Source: Tubiluchus corallicola (lineage: Eukaryota > Animalia > Priapulida). From it: a stretch of DNA of 34,605 nucleotides. Made by a program: the position numbers and the translations under genes. Numbering within the stretch: position 1 is the stretch's first letter; every line of letters begins with the position of its first letter. Shown in pieces: positions 10,761-21,495 of the stretch. Under the pieces are notes generated by a model. It was not told the DNA's origin. It saw only the letters and a program-made list of their open reading frames with translations, and did no database searches. The DNA lies in the NCBI GenBank assembly GCA_030141605.1, contig JAQGDQ010001564.1, positions 1-34,605 of the forward strand. Direction: 5' to 3'.

Positions 10761-11494
10761 GTTCCTGTTGAGAAAAAACATTTTAACGTGGAACTATTTC
10801 GAAAGGTTAATTATTTAACCTAGACTTTTTCTTATGAACATTGTTTATGAAGTAGGTTTTGAATTTTCTACTAATTTCCTTAAAAGTAATAAAATTGATT
10901 AATGAGGTCTAATGAGATAGTTGAGATTAGGTGTATTGAAGGCTAATTCATTATAAGATAAACAAAATTAAAATGTTTTTACCACATTTATTAAACAATA
11001 CAGAATTACAGTAAAAACCTTCAATCGAAAAAATTTCTCATCCTATTAAAACTCATTGCTAAATTGCTTTTTACAAAGTCACTGAAATGACATAATTGTT
11101 ATAAATACGTGCACCGTTGTGCATTATTGATGTACTGAATTAATTTGATTGCTGCTCTGCACCTTAGATATTTGTTCTGCTTAAAATAAATGCCTCGTAG
11201 AATTTTGGCACTTTTTAATGCAGTTCACCGCACTGCAAGCTCCTACTGGAGCATTAGATGGGCTGTAGATGATTGTGGCAGGACCGGAATATAGCACATT
11301 GCCAAAATTAATCCTACAAGATAAGCTTCTAAACCGATTTAGAACATAGTACAAAGCAGTATGACACATTAAATCACGTAGAAGCGAGTTTCCTACAGTC
11401 ACCCATCCATTTACCAATAACAGGCCAGGCGCTACTTAATTTTGTAGTGTGACCAACCCCATTGCACTTTATTTAATATGAGTGACAGGAGTTG

Positions 11495-12073
11495 ATTATA
11501 ACCGTATGATTTTTCGTATCCTACGCCATTTTGAACTAGAGTAAAAAGTATACATTTTAATACCTATATTAATCTCAAAGCATTTCCGATAATTAAATAA
11601 TAGATTAAAAACTTAATTAACGGTGGCGAGCCCAACTATTGATGACGTCACAAACGAACATAATTTGCAATAGCACGAATATTCCACAAGCGTGTTGCAC
11701 GTGTCTGGTAATAATTCTTTCGCGTAAGTCATTTTTAAGATAAAAATATAAATTTAAAATTTACCGTTGTACTCATGCATGAGTTATCGAATGTGTGCAG
11801 CTCGTCACAAACTAGCGCCTGGACTGAGAGGTACAGCACAGCACCTATTTTTGTGCAATGCATTCCCGAAATGCAGGCGCTAGTGGCCGTCAAACTAGCG
11901 AATGGCCAAATACATCTAACAGCAAAGAACTAGTGGCGCAAACGTGAAATTGCATTTGTGTGGTAATAATTCTTTCACATAAGTCATTTTTGAAAAAAAT
12001 AGTACGTTTACTTTCAATATTTTCTAGAGTAGATTGTTTTAAGGTTAAACGTAAAACGGGGTCCGGTCTTGCT
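11495..12073 (-). mobile_element. Kolobok-type (TTAA|AG) MITE, family B, diverged inverted copy of 29031-29598
   Basis: Right end ccggtcttgct|TTAA; long blocks align in reverse complement with 29031-29598; left end is degenerate. Confidence 0.65.
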
Positions 12074-12379
12074 TTAAAAAAGGCAGGTACTTGTCACGCT
12101 ATACCACAATGCACCATCTTAAAATCAGTAATCGCATACGAACTGGTTACATCATATGTAAATGAAAAATGTCTATATTCAAGTTTTTAGTGTAAAAAAA
12201 TACATTTCGGTTTTCATAGCGCACAAACAAACTTGCTGATTCGTTGACCCGTATTCCGATTTCTTCCTGCTAAACCATGATCCGCTCCCTGTAAAACAAA
12301 ATTCAAAATTAATAACATTTCGTTTCATTATTTGCAAGGCTGACAGTTCAGTTCTGCCCATCTCTATTATGTGATTTAT

Positions 12380-12795
12380 AGTGGTGCATAGAATTATATA
12401 TGAGCAAGGCAGCACAACTGCTTGTGGTGTAGTACCTTTCATAGTGGTTTGTATGTAAAACGCGATGCACAATTACTTGTGGTGCATAGAGCTACTATAT
12501 ATGAGCAAGGCAGCACAACTACTTGTGGTGTAGTACCTTTCATAGTGGTTTGTATGTAAAACGCGATGCACAATTACTTGTGGTGCATAGAATCATATAT
12601 GAGAAAGGCAGCACAACTGCTTGTGGTGTAGTACCTCTCATAGTGGTTTGTATGTAAAACGGGATGCACAATTACTTGTGGTGCATAGACCTATATATGA
12701 GCAAGGCAGCACAACTACTTGTGGTGTATAGAGCTATATATGAGCAAGGCAGCACAACTGCTTGTGATGTAGTAGCTTTTGTAGTAGGTGCATAG
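12380..12795. repeat. About 100-bp tandem repeat (3 full plus partial units)
   Basis: ggtgcataga..tatatgagcaaggcagcacaact..cttgtggtgtagtacct..gatgcacaattacttgt is repeated. Confidence 0.9.
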
Positions 12796-13692
12796 GCCCT
12801 TTTTGGTTTTAATTTAGTTCTCAATTACTGCCACGGTGCTGCCACCTGTTTGTTTATTTAGTAGGCTTTTTACCTTTTCACAGCAGTTACACTTTTAAAA
12901 TTGTAGCACCTAATATCCTTGAATACATTAGCATTTTGGCCTTTCGTGAGCTATAGCTGTAGTTGTTGTATGACATTTTACCCGTCTTTTGATTCTCTCC
13001 GCCATTGCTCTATTTTTCTGACTGTGATGAGCATTATGACTGTGAATTTCTTACGAATTTATTGTTGTGACATTGTTGTTCTTAAAGCTACTTGAAGTTC
13101 TCATTCCTGTCTTTGTAACTGTTAAAGGCTCTAACAACGTAAGTTATTGTTAATTAATTTCAATATAGTCTACATAATTTTCATATCAGTACTTAGTTAT
13201 AGCAATACATTTAATCATGCAACTAATTTTCTTCTACTCAATGCAAATTGAACTAAATGTTAATAATTGTCTTTCAGAATAAAGAAACTTTTGGTCAACA
13301 TGGTAAACTGGTGTTTTGTATCCATTTCACCTTTCATACAATAAGCCTTTTCATAGTTTCGTTGTTCGCACGCGCACTTGCTGTAGGTCAAAGGTTAAGT
13401 GTATTACATCAAAGCGTCTTAACTACAAACCGTCACGTGACATGTAGTCAGCCGAGGCAGTTGGGTAACTTCAGTTGTTTTACATGGACTTTACTTAATT
13501 ATGCATTAGTCTGTGCGCAGAGTGATTTACTAGCAGGATTTTGTTTGGGAACAAGAAAAAATTAACTAGGTAAGATTCTAGCTAGCTGTTAAAACTGTTA
13601 CTATTACAATAGCATAGGCTGTGAATCGTTGTCAAGTGTACACAAATGTGTTGTCAGATACACTTAACCTTTGGCCTTTTTCACGATCATCA

Positions 13693-13720
13693 TCAATCAC
13701 TGGAACTGTGAAAAGACTCA
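13693..13720 (-). CDS. LRR-TM receptor, putative last exon (CESFHSSSD*)
   Basis: tttgtttgtctcag acceptor after a 65-nt intron, phase 2 matches the TM exon; stop TGA at 13695-13693. Confidence 0.5.
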
Positions 13721-13785
13721 CTGAGACAAACAAACATATTCATACATCGACAAAAGTAATGAAAGCTAAATCTTCATAATCTTAC

Positions 13786-13900
13786 CATCCATCAGCACGA
13801 TTTCTCCTCCAGCGTCTGTACAGGAAGTAAGAGAGGCAAGCCACAGCTATAATAATCATTAGAATTGGTAACAGAGGCCACAGGGGTCTTCCCACCAGTC
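13786..13900 (-). CDS. LRR-TM receptor, transmembrane exon
   Basis: gttttacag acceptor; phase 1 gives RLVGRPLWPLLPILMIIIAVACLSYFLYRRWRRNRADG (hydrophobic helix plus basic stop-transfer); TG|gtaag donor; in frame with the LRRCT exon. Confidence 0.85.
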
Positions 13901-15510
13901 CTGTAAAACATAAATAATTTTCTTAAAATTACTTTGTATTTTTGTCACTAGATGGTGCAGTCCTGCAAAACAGACTCAAGCCACAGCTATAATAATCATT
14001 AGAATTGGTAACAGAGGCCACAGGGGTCTTCCCACCAGTCCTGTAAAACATAAATAATTTTCTTAAAATTATTTTGTATTTTTGTCACTAGATGGCGCAG
14101 TCCTGCAAAACAGACTTAAGCCACTGCTATAATAATCATTAGAATTGGTAACAGAGGCCACAGGGGTCTTCCCACCAGTCCTGTAAAACATAAATAATTT
14201 TCTTAAAATTATTTTGTATTTTTGTCAGTAGATGGCGCAGTCCTGCAAAACAGGGGCAAGCCACAGCTATAATAATCATTAGAATTGGCAAAAGAGGCCA
14301 CAGGGGTCTTCCCACCAGCCCTGGAAAACATAAATAATTTTCTTAAAAATATTTTATATTTTTGTCACTAGATGGCGCAGTCCTGCAAAACAGACTCAAG
14401 CCACAGCTATAATAATCATTAGAATTGGTAACAGAGGCCACAGGGGTCTTCCCACCAGTCCTGTAAAACATAAATAATTTTCTTAAAAATATTTTGTATT
14501 TTTGTCAATAGATGGCGCAGTCCTGCAAAACAGGGCAAGCCACAGCTATAATAATCATTAGAATTGGTAACAGAGGCCACAGGGGTCTTCGCACCAGTCC
14601 TGTAAAACATAAATAATTTGCTTAAAATTATTTTGCATTTTTGTCAGTAAATGGCGCAGTCCTGAAAAACAGAGGCAAGCCACGGCTACAATAATCATTA
14701 GAATTGGTAAAAGAGGCCACAGGGGTCTTCCCACCAGTCCTGTAAAACATAAATAATTTTCTTAAAATTATTTTGTATTTTTGTCAGTAGATGGCGCAGT
14801 CCTGCAAAACATAGGCAAGCCACAGCTATAATAATCATTAGAATTGGTAATACAGGCCACAGGGGTCTTCCCACCAGTCCTGCAAAATATAAATAATTTT
14901 CTTAAAATTATTTTGTATTTTTGTCACTAGATGGCGCAGTCCTGCAAAACAGACTCAAGCCACAGCTACAATAATCATTAGAATTGGTAAAAGAGGCCAC
15001 AGGGGTCTTCCCACCAGTCCTGTAAAACATAAATAATTTTCTTAAAATTATTTTGTATTTTTGTCAGTAGATGGCGCAGTCCTGCAAAATAGAGGCAAGC
15101 CACAGCTATAATAATCATTAGAATTGGTAACAGAGGCCACAGGGGTCTTCGCACCAGTCCTACAAAACATAAATAATTTTCTTAAAATTATTTTGTATTT
15201 TTGTCAGTAGATGGCGCAGTCCTGCAAAACATAGGCAAGCCACAGCTATAATAATCATTAGAATTGGTAATACAGGCCACAGGGGTCTTCCCACCAGTCC
15301 TGCAAAATATAAATAATTTTCTTAAAATTATTTTGTATTTTTGTCACTAGATGGCGCAGTCCTGCAAAACAGAGGCAAGCCACAGCTATAATAATCATTA
15401 GAATTGGTAACAGAGGCCACCGGGGTCTTCCCACCAGCCCTGTAAAACATAAATAATTTTCTTAAAATTATTTTGTATTTTTGTGAGTAGATGGCGCAGT
15501 CCTGCAAAAC
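13838..15510. repeat. 12 x 140-bp tandem array built from the intron end plus the 5' part of the TM exon
   Basis: aagccacagctataataatc starts at about 13838, 13978, 14118 ... 15377; each unit holds a minus-strand acceptor and TM-coding sequence. Confidence 0.95.
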
Positions 15511-15565
15511 ATGATAAAATCATTTTCTCGAAATTATTTTGTATTCTTGTCAGTAGATGGCGCTA
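13945..15565 (+). promoter_or_regulatory. Array of 13 co-oriented CTCF-like motifs (TCA[C/G]TAGATGGCGCAG)
   Basis: Matches the CTCF core CCASYAGRKGGCRS except at the first base; one per unit plus one in the degenerate half-unit at 15550-15565; a few copies carry substitutions. Confidence 0.55.
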
Positions 15566-15624
15566 ATGAAAGCCGCATCTCACAACTCAGTAGAAGGTAC
15601 TATACCGGTATCTGCTGCATTTCA

Positions 15625-15816
15625 GGGGATGGATTCACCAAGGGGTGCACTCACAAAGTTCTTTACTTTGTTTTGTTCGCAAGATCATTCATAAAACATC
15701 GTTAAGGTTGAATTCACAAATGTTTCGTAACCTAAAGAAGGTAATGCGATCATAACTTTACGAAAACAAAAACTTTCTTACGAAAATTCTTCCGCACGCG
15801 TTAGTGAATCCTGCCC
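15625..15816. mobile_element. Possible PIF/Harbinger-like MITE remnant
   Basis: Imperfect TIRs ggggatggattcaccaa / ttagtgaatcctgccc; internal ttacgaaaa repeats; no clean TSD. Confidence 0.4.
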
Positions 15817-16335
15817 ATGTTATGTATCCTGGTCTCTGAAACTTGGTGATTTTGCCCTTCAAACCCCCAACTACCATCGACTTTTCGCAGATCCAAACTT
15901 CGACTACATACCGTAATCATGGATAGTTTTACTAACGCGATGCATTTAGATGTACATCAAATGCCTTGCTTTCATTTAGCTAAAACTAGCATACAATGAC
16001 ATGGCGAGACAAGCTCCCTTATTTTCGTTACGTTTCGGCCACGCTGTTATTGAAATCCATGCAAATGCTTTAATATCAGAATTATTACATATATATTTTT
16101 TATATTTTTATATATTTTATTGGGCAATCACACTTACAAATCACACAACCAGATGAAGATACAATTACACACATATACAGCGCTACAAAAAACCTATACC
16201 ACGTTATCATGAGCACAATTACACAAGTCAAACTCAACAATTTAAACCAAAGACACAACATCTATTATAATATATTATATATTACGCATATTATATAATA
16301 TATTATATTATACTCAGCGGCGAATTACCCATCAA

Positions 16336-16879
16336 AGGAAGGCCAGACGATTGTTTAGACTCAATCTCATTTTAATTTACTGCCCAACTTATACATTTTC
16401 TTGCGTATAAAAGTTACCAATTGTTCACTGTATTTGAATAATTAGCTTAGAAAGTTATTTAACCGAACACAGCTATTGCTTACGTCAGAAAGTAACCACA
16501 GTTTGTGCAATGATAGGCGTCTTCCCTTGCGCGTCAAGCACGTTTGCATAAGTGTTATAGTACTGCTTAAACGCATGATGTCACCAAAAATGGGCTTTAC
16601 ATCAAATGTATCATGAAACTAACACGGCAGTTTATGATCATGGTTATCACAGTACCGCCTTCTATTTGTTGGTCACGCGCATGTGACAAAAAAGCACCGC
16701 TGCCAATCTTAGTAGATTCACTGAGCCGCGCGTAGCTTTGAAAGTTTAGCGAAATTTGAGTATCCGAGGTAATTATTATTTAATCTAAGCTTTCATTTAA
16801 AATAAACTATTGTAGTTTTTCAATATTTTAGAGCATTCTTTATTCTGAACTCAGGTTTACACAATCATCCAGTTTTCCT
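16336..16879. mobile_element. Kolobok-type MITE, family A, copy 1
   Basis: T(C)AA|AGGAAGGCC...ccagttttcct|TTAA; highly similar to 20783-21316. Confidence 0.75.
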
Positions 16880-17098
16880 TTAAATTAACAAGACTATTAA
16901 GCCTGGTTTTATATCTTTGAACTGCGATTTGACCAAATGAATGCAGCTTTGTGCTCAAATTTTTCAGTCTGAATAAATTTCAACAAATATTGCGTAATTA
17001 CATGTCTAATTATGCATAGCCTATATGTTAACCCCTTTGTTTGTCTGATAGCCTTAGGTCGATGAAACCCTTCCCTAGAATTGAACCCAGAAACTTAC

Positions 17099-17287
17099 TT
17101 TCCGGTATCCGCTTTTTGTTCCTGTTGCAGTTTTCCGTCTCCTGAATTGTGCAGTTGAAACTACTGATGTCTTCTAGCCGATGTCCAGCAAGGCGTGGAG
17201 GCGAGGCACAAGTTCCAAGGTCACTGTCTTCTGCCCAATGGGTAGAGAGAAGCCATTGCAAGCAACAGTCGCAAACAATTGGATTTC
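17099..17287 (-). CDS. LRR-TM receptor, LRRCT exon
   Basis: ctctgtaacag acceptor; GNPIVCDCCLQWL..GTCASPPRLAGHRLEDI..FNC is a canonical LRRCT cap; A|gtaagt donor; phase 1-1. Confidence 0.92.
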
Positions 17288-17526
17288 CTGTTACAGAGAA
17301 ACAAAAAAATTTCACACAAATTTTCCCACAGACTGTCATATTTTTCGGTGGCACGTGACTGCCATTAAATGCAGATTCAAAAAAGTTTAATTATGTTGCC
17401 AACTGTAAAATATTCCAATGCATACATGACTTTATATTACGAACTAAACGCTTCCAGTAGTTTCTATCCGATATGAAATGCATCAGTCTTAAATATTCGT
17501 ACATTAATATTTTCTAACCGTCATTT

Positions 17527-17972
17527 TCTACTAATGTCTAACGTAATCTTGTAGTAAAACTTGTCAGCTTGTGTAGTTATAGTCTATTCTTACTGTGAAT
17601 GTTACTAATGTCTAATGTAATCTTGTAGTAAAACTTGTCAGCTTGTGTAGTTATAGTCTATTCTTACTGTAAATGTTACTAATATCTAATGTGATCTTGT
17701 AGTAAAACTTGTCAGCTTATGTAGTTATAGTCTATTCTTACTGCAAATGTTACTAATGTCTAATGTAATCTTGTAGTAAAACTTGTCAGCTTGTGCAGTT
17801 ATAGTCTATTCTTACTGTAAATGTTACTAATGTCTAATGTAATCTTGTAGTAAAACTTGTCAGCTTGTGTAGTTATAGTCTATTCTTACTGTAAATGTTA
17901 CTAATATCTAATGTAATCTTGTAGTAAAACTTGTCAGCTTGTGTAGTTATAGTCTATTCTTACTGTAAATGT
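17527..17972. repeat. 74-bp tandem repeat x6
   Basis: gttactaatgtctaatgtaatcttgtagtaaaacttgtcagc recurs at 17601, 17675, 17749, 17823 and 17897. Confidence 0.93.
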
Positions 17973-18778
17973 TTTTGTAAATAGTATACAAAGTCTGTTG
18001 TGGTGAGGATCCTAAATCATGTTGTTCAAACTGTCTGATCCAAATCCTATAATAAATTATGTTTAAACTAAATCCGAATGGACGAAAGACTGGACTATTT
18101 CATACAGCCTTGTCGCGTATTAATATCTTTGTGTGTGACTAGTGCTTTAAAAAATTGTTCGCAGTTTCGTCATATTTTTAATAATACTGGGTGTCTCGAA
18201 AAGTCACTATACATTTTGACATGTGACTTCCTTTTTTAAATTTTTCTCTAATCTCAGCAAGCTTTTACAAGATTGAAAAGTGTCTTTGTAAATTCCTTTT
18301 GCAGTAGCTGTACTGATTATACTGACGAGGTTGCTTTGTGTTTCTGTGCATAGCAACAGTTTTGCACATTGCAACGGGAATCTGGCACTCTGACTCAGTC
18401 TCTACTACTAATGTCAAATAATTGCGGCAGGACTGGCGTATAGTTCAAAACTGAGTCGGCAAAGGTGTCTTTGCAATATCTGGGTGTACATACATTATCT
18501 CTCAACAATAGAAACAACCACGAGCAGTATTACGTCTGAAGCCGACGCAACAGCCGCACATTTATATATTAACCAAGGCAAACACACACCGTATCCACTC
18601 AGCTATTCACCACCCACCCACAAAGCTGAAAACCGAACACCGCAAGTTAACATTAAACAAGTTATCTAAACAATAAACAATTGCATACACTGTAATCGCA
18701 TTTATTAATAACAACAATAGTCATTTCTACATAGGTGTACGTAGACCGACGTTACATTATTTACAAAAAAAGCATTAA

Positions 18779-19235
18779 CCCTTTCATACCCGTTGTATCC
18801 CGTGGGATACGCGAATATTTTCTGCCTTTAAACATAATAACATTTTAAAACTGAGAGTTATTTGATCTGTTAATAGTTATTTTGATTTAAGCCAATAACA
18901 ATAGACTAAAAATGGTGATAAAATGGCAAACTAGAAAATCTGCATAGCATAAAAACTGCGCAAAGTACAGTACTTTAGAGACGACTTTGTACAGATCAGC
19001 ATAGCATGCATACTAAATGTCTTAAATACTTTAAAAAATTATCAACAGTTGCAAAATGAAGCACATTTTATGCTTCCATTGAATCCCAATGTATCCCGTG
19101 GGATACAGGCTATATTTAGCACGCGGGCACAGGTAGAAAAAAATAAACATTATGTGTCAACAAGATGGACATACTGAACAAAATACCATGCCAAAAATTT
19201 TTTTCTTATTAAAAAATAATTTGGGACTGAAAGGG
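18779..19235. mobile_element. Non-autonomous piggyBac-type MITE, copy 2
   Basis: TTAA|CCCTTTCA...TGAAAGGG|TTAA; near-identical to 4457-4916. Confidence 0.88.
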
Positions 19236-19632
19236 TTAATTAGGCCAATTACAATTAATTAAATTAATTATCAACAAACTTGATTAACTCTTATTTACCA
19301 GTCTGAATTTCACCACAACTAATACGAAATCATCTTCTACACGTTTTGTATCACTAAATTACATACTATGTATGTATTGATTGTACAAAATTGTTTTTAA
19401 TACATTATCGAAACAAAGATATAACTAAATAAGCACATAACTTTACGAGTACATAAATTACAAAGTTATAAAACGAGTAAAAATTTTGAGCGTGCTAAGA
19501 TTCGAACTCAAGACTTCTCATAATTCGATCACGACTCCTTACTGTCAAGAACTAGTGCAGTTTAAAAAATTACAATACTGATAGGTTTAACAAAATGAAT
19601 AGTCACATTGTTTAAGCCCACTTCTTTGGATT

Positions 19633-20260
19633 GAATTATGAATTTATTCCACAGCAACACAAACATACATACAAATTTATATTACGTTGAAAAAAAATTA
19701 TAAATAAATGAGTTACTGTGAGGAGGAGGAAGGAGCATTGAGCTTTCGAGTCCTCCTCCAGATAAGTGAAACAATTGACAATTAACATTACATTTTCATC
19801 AGTTATAACGTACATTAGAACAAAATAAGTTTTGTTAGTAACTTAAGATCAGGATGAGTAAAATTGTGAGTTAATTATACCGTTGTAGTAGGTAATTCTT
19901 TGATGCTTCTTTAAATTGATAAAGATTAAGAGTTTTCATTTCACGCGGAATTGATGACCATCTTTTAATAACATTATATTTTGATGACTGTTTTGTTATA
20001 TTTGTTTTTGGAAGAGGGAGTACATAGTTTTCGACTGAATATCTTGTGTAATGATCATGTTGATTTGAAACTGGGCTTAAAGTATGACTGAAAAGCTGGT
20101 GGAAGTAGTGAATTATGATACTGATACATGAAATACTGATTGAAGTTTCCTTATTGGAACGAAAAACTGCAAAACATAGTGGATCAGTTAAATACTAACT
20201 GCTTGGAATTACTTTTTGACAATATAACTATTAAACATGGACAGAAAAATGGAAGTCTAA
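19633..20260 (-). mobile_element. 5'-truncated CR1-like LINE (ORF2 C-terminus plus 3'UTR)
   Basis: Minus-strand translation HDHYTRYSVENYVLPLPKTNITKQSSKYNVIKRWSSIPREMK..FKEASKNYLL is typical of CR1/L2-group ORF2 ends; 5' boundary approximate. Confidence 0.75.
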
Positions 20261-20409
20261 AAGCGTTTTTTTTTCTGAAAGTGGGCAAACTTAGACAGTT
20301 TTAACGATTTGACTATGCTGAATCAAAAGAAACTATTGCCAGTTCGAAGAATTGGCGGAAAAGTGTCAAGATAAGGCCCAAAAAACAAAATGGCTGCCAA
20401 GTTTCTGCG

Positions 20410-21495
20410 CAAACTATACAAATCGAAGAACAATGATATTAAGAGGCGATTATATATCTATTCCAGGGTAATTGGACCTAAGGAATTTATATCTGTTACT
20501 TTTGTTTCAAAACTTGCCTCCGTTTTCAAAATGGGGCCAACACATAACGAAATCATGCCAATCATGCAGCCATATTGACTGTCTCACCTAAAGATTTATT
20601 ATCAAGACAAAAAGCAAATTTTTTATTAACTTGATCTTCCGAATCTAAAAACCAGCTATTAAACCCCCAAAATATCTAAAGTGACTTAAACTGCTAAGCT
20701 AGCCACCGGGTTCCCCAGCATATGTGACAGTACAGACAGTCTTTTGTACAGACAGTCCGCCGTTTTCCAAACGTTTACTTAAAGGAAGACCGGACTCAAT
20801 CTCATTTTAATTTACTGCCCAAAATATACATTTTCTTGCCTATAAAAGTTTGCAATTGTTCCTTATATTTGAATAATTAGCTTAGAAAGTTAATTAATGG
20901 CAGCCGAACACAGCTATTGCTTACGTCAGAAACTAACCGCAGTTTGTGCAATGGCAGGCATCTTCCCTTGCGCATCAAGCACGTTTGCGTAAGTGTTACT
21001 GTTTAAACGCATGATGTCACGAAAAATGGGCTTTACATCATATGACGTCATGAAACTAACACAGCAGTTCATGATCATGCTCATCACGGTACTGCCTTCT
21101 ATTTGTCGGCCACGCGAATGTGAGAAAAAGGCGCTGCTGCCAATCTTAGTAGATTCACTGAGCCGCACGTAGCTTTGAAAGTTTAACGAAATTTTAGTAT
21201 CCCAGGTAATCATTATTTAATCTAAGCTTTGATTCGAAAAAAGGCTATTGTAGTTTTCAATATTTTAGAGCATTCTTTATTTTGAACTCGTGTTTACACA
21301 ATCATCCGGTTTCCCTTTAAGCTGAATGAAAATTATTGTAAATATTTGCCTTGATTTCGTATTGTGTTGGCGCCATTTTGAAAACGGGAGGCAATTTTTG
21401 AAACAAAAGTAACAGAAACGGATTCCTTAGGTCCAGTTACCCTGGAATAGATATATAATCGCCTCTTAATATTATTGTTCTTCGATTTATGTAGT
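20410..21495. repeat. About 140-bp inverted repeat pair (20419-20554 / 21353-21490), probably a foldback DNA element interrupted by a Kolobok MITE
   Basis: aaatcgaagaacaatgatattaagaggcgattatatatctattccaggg...ccaacac is present in both orientations; AAAATGGC motifs. Confidence 0.7.
20783..21316. mobile_element. Kolobok-type MITE, family A, copy 2
   Basis: TTAA|AGGAAGACCGGA...TCCGGTTTCCCT|TTAA, perfect TTAA TSD. Confidence 0.8.

Noticed and set aside
11181-11417. 78-aa minus ORF or possible exon in a slightly GC-richer patch
   Set aside because: No recognisable motif, and no phase-consistent link to either flanking gene.
13838-15510. CRISPR-like array (also the 23-, 74- and 100-bp repeats)
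   Set aside because: Units are wholly repeated with no unique spacers; eukaryotic context, no cas genes.
18185-18490. Possible Tc1/mariner left end (TA|CTGGGTGTCTC)
   Set aside because: No matching right TIR or readable transposase.
19490-19555. Minus-strand tRNA-like remnant (B box GAGTTCGAATC)
   Set aside because: A box and cloverleaf too decayed to call.
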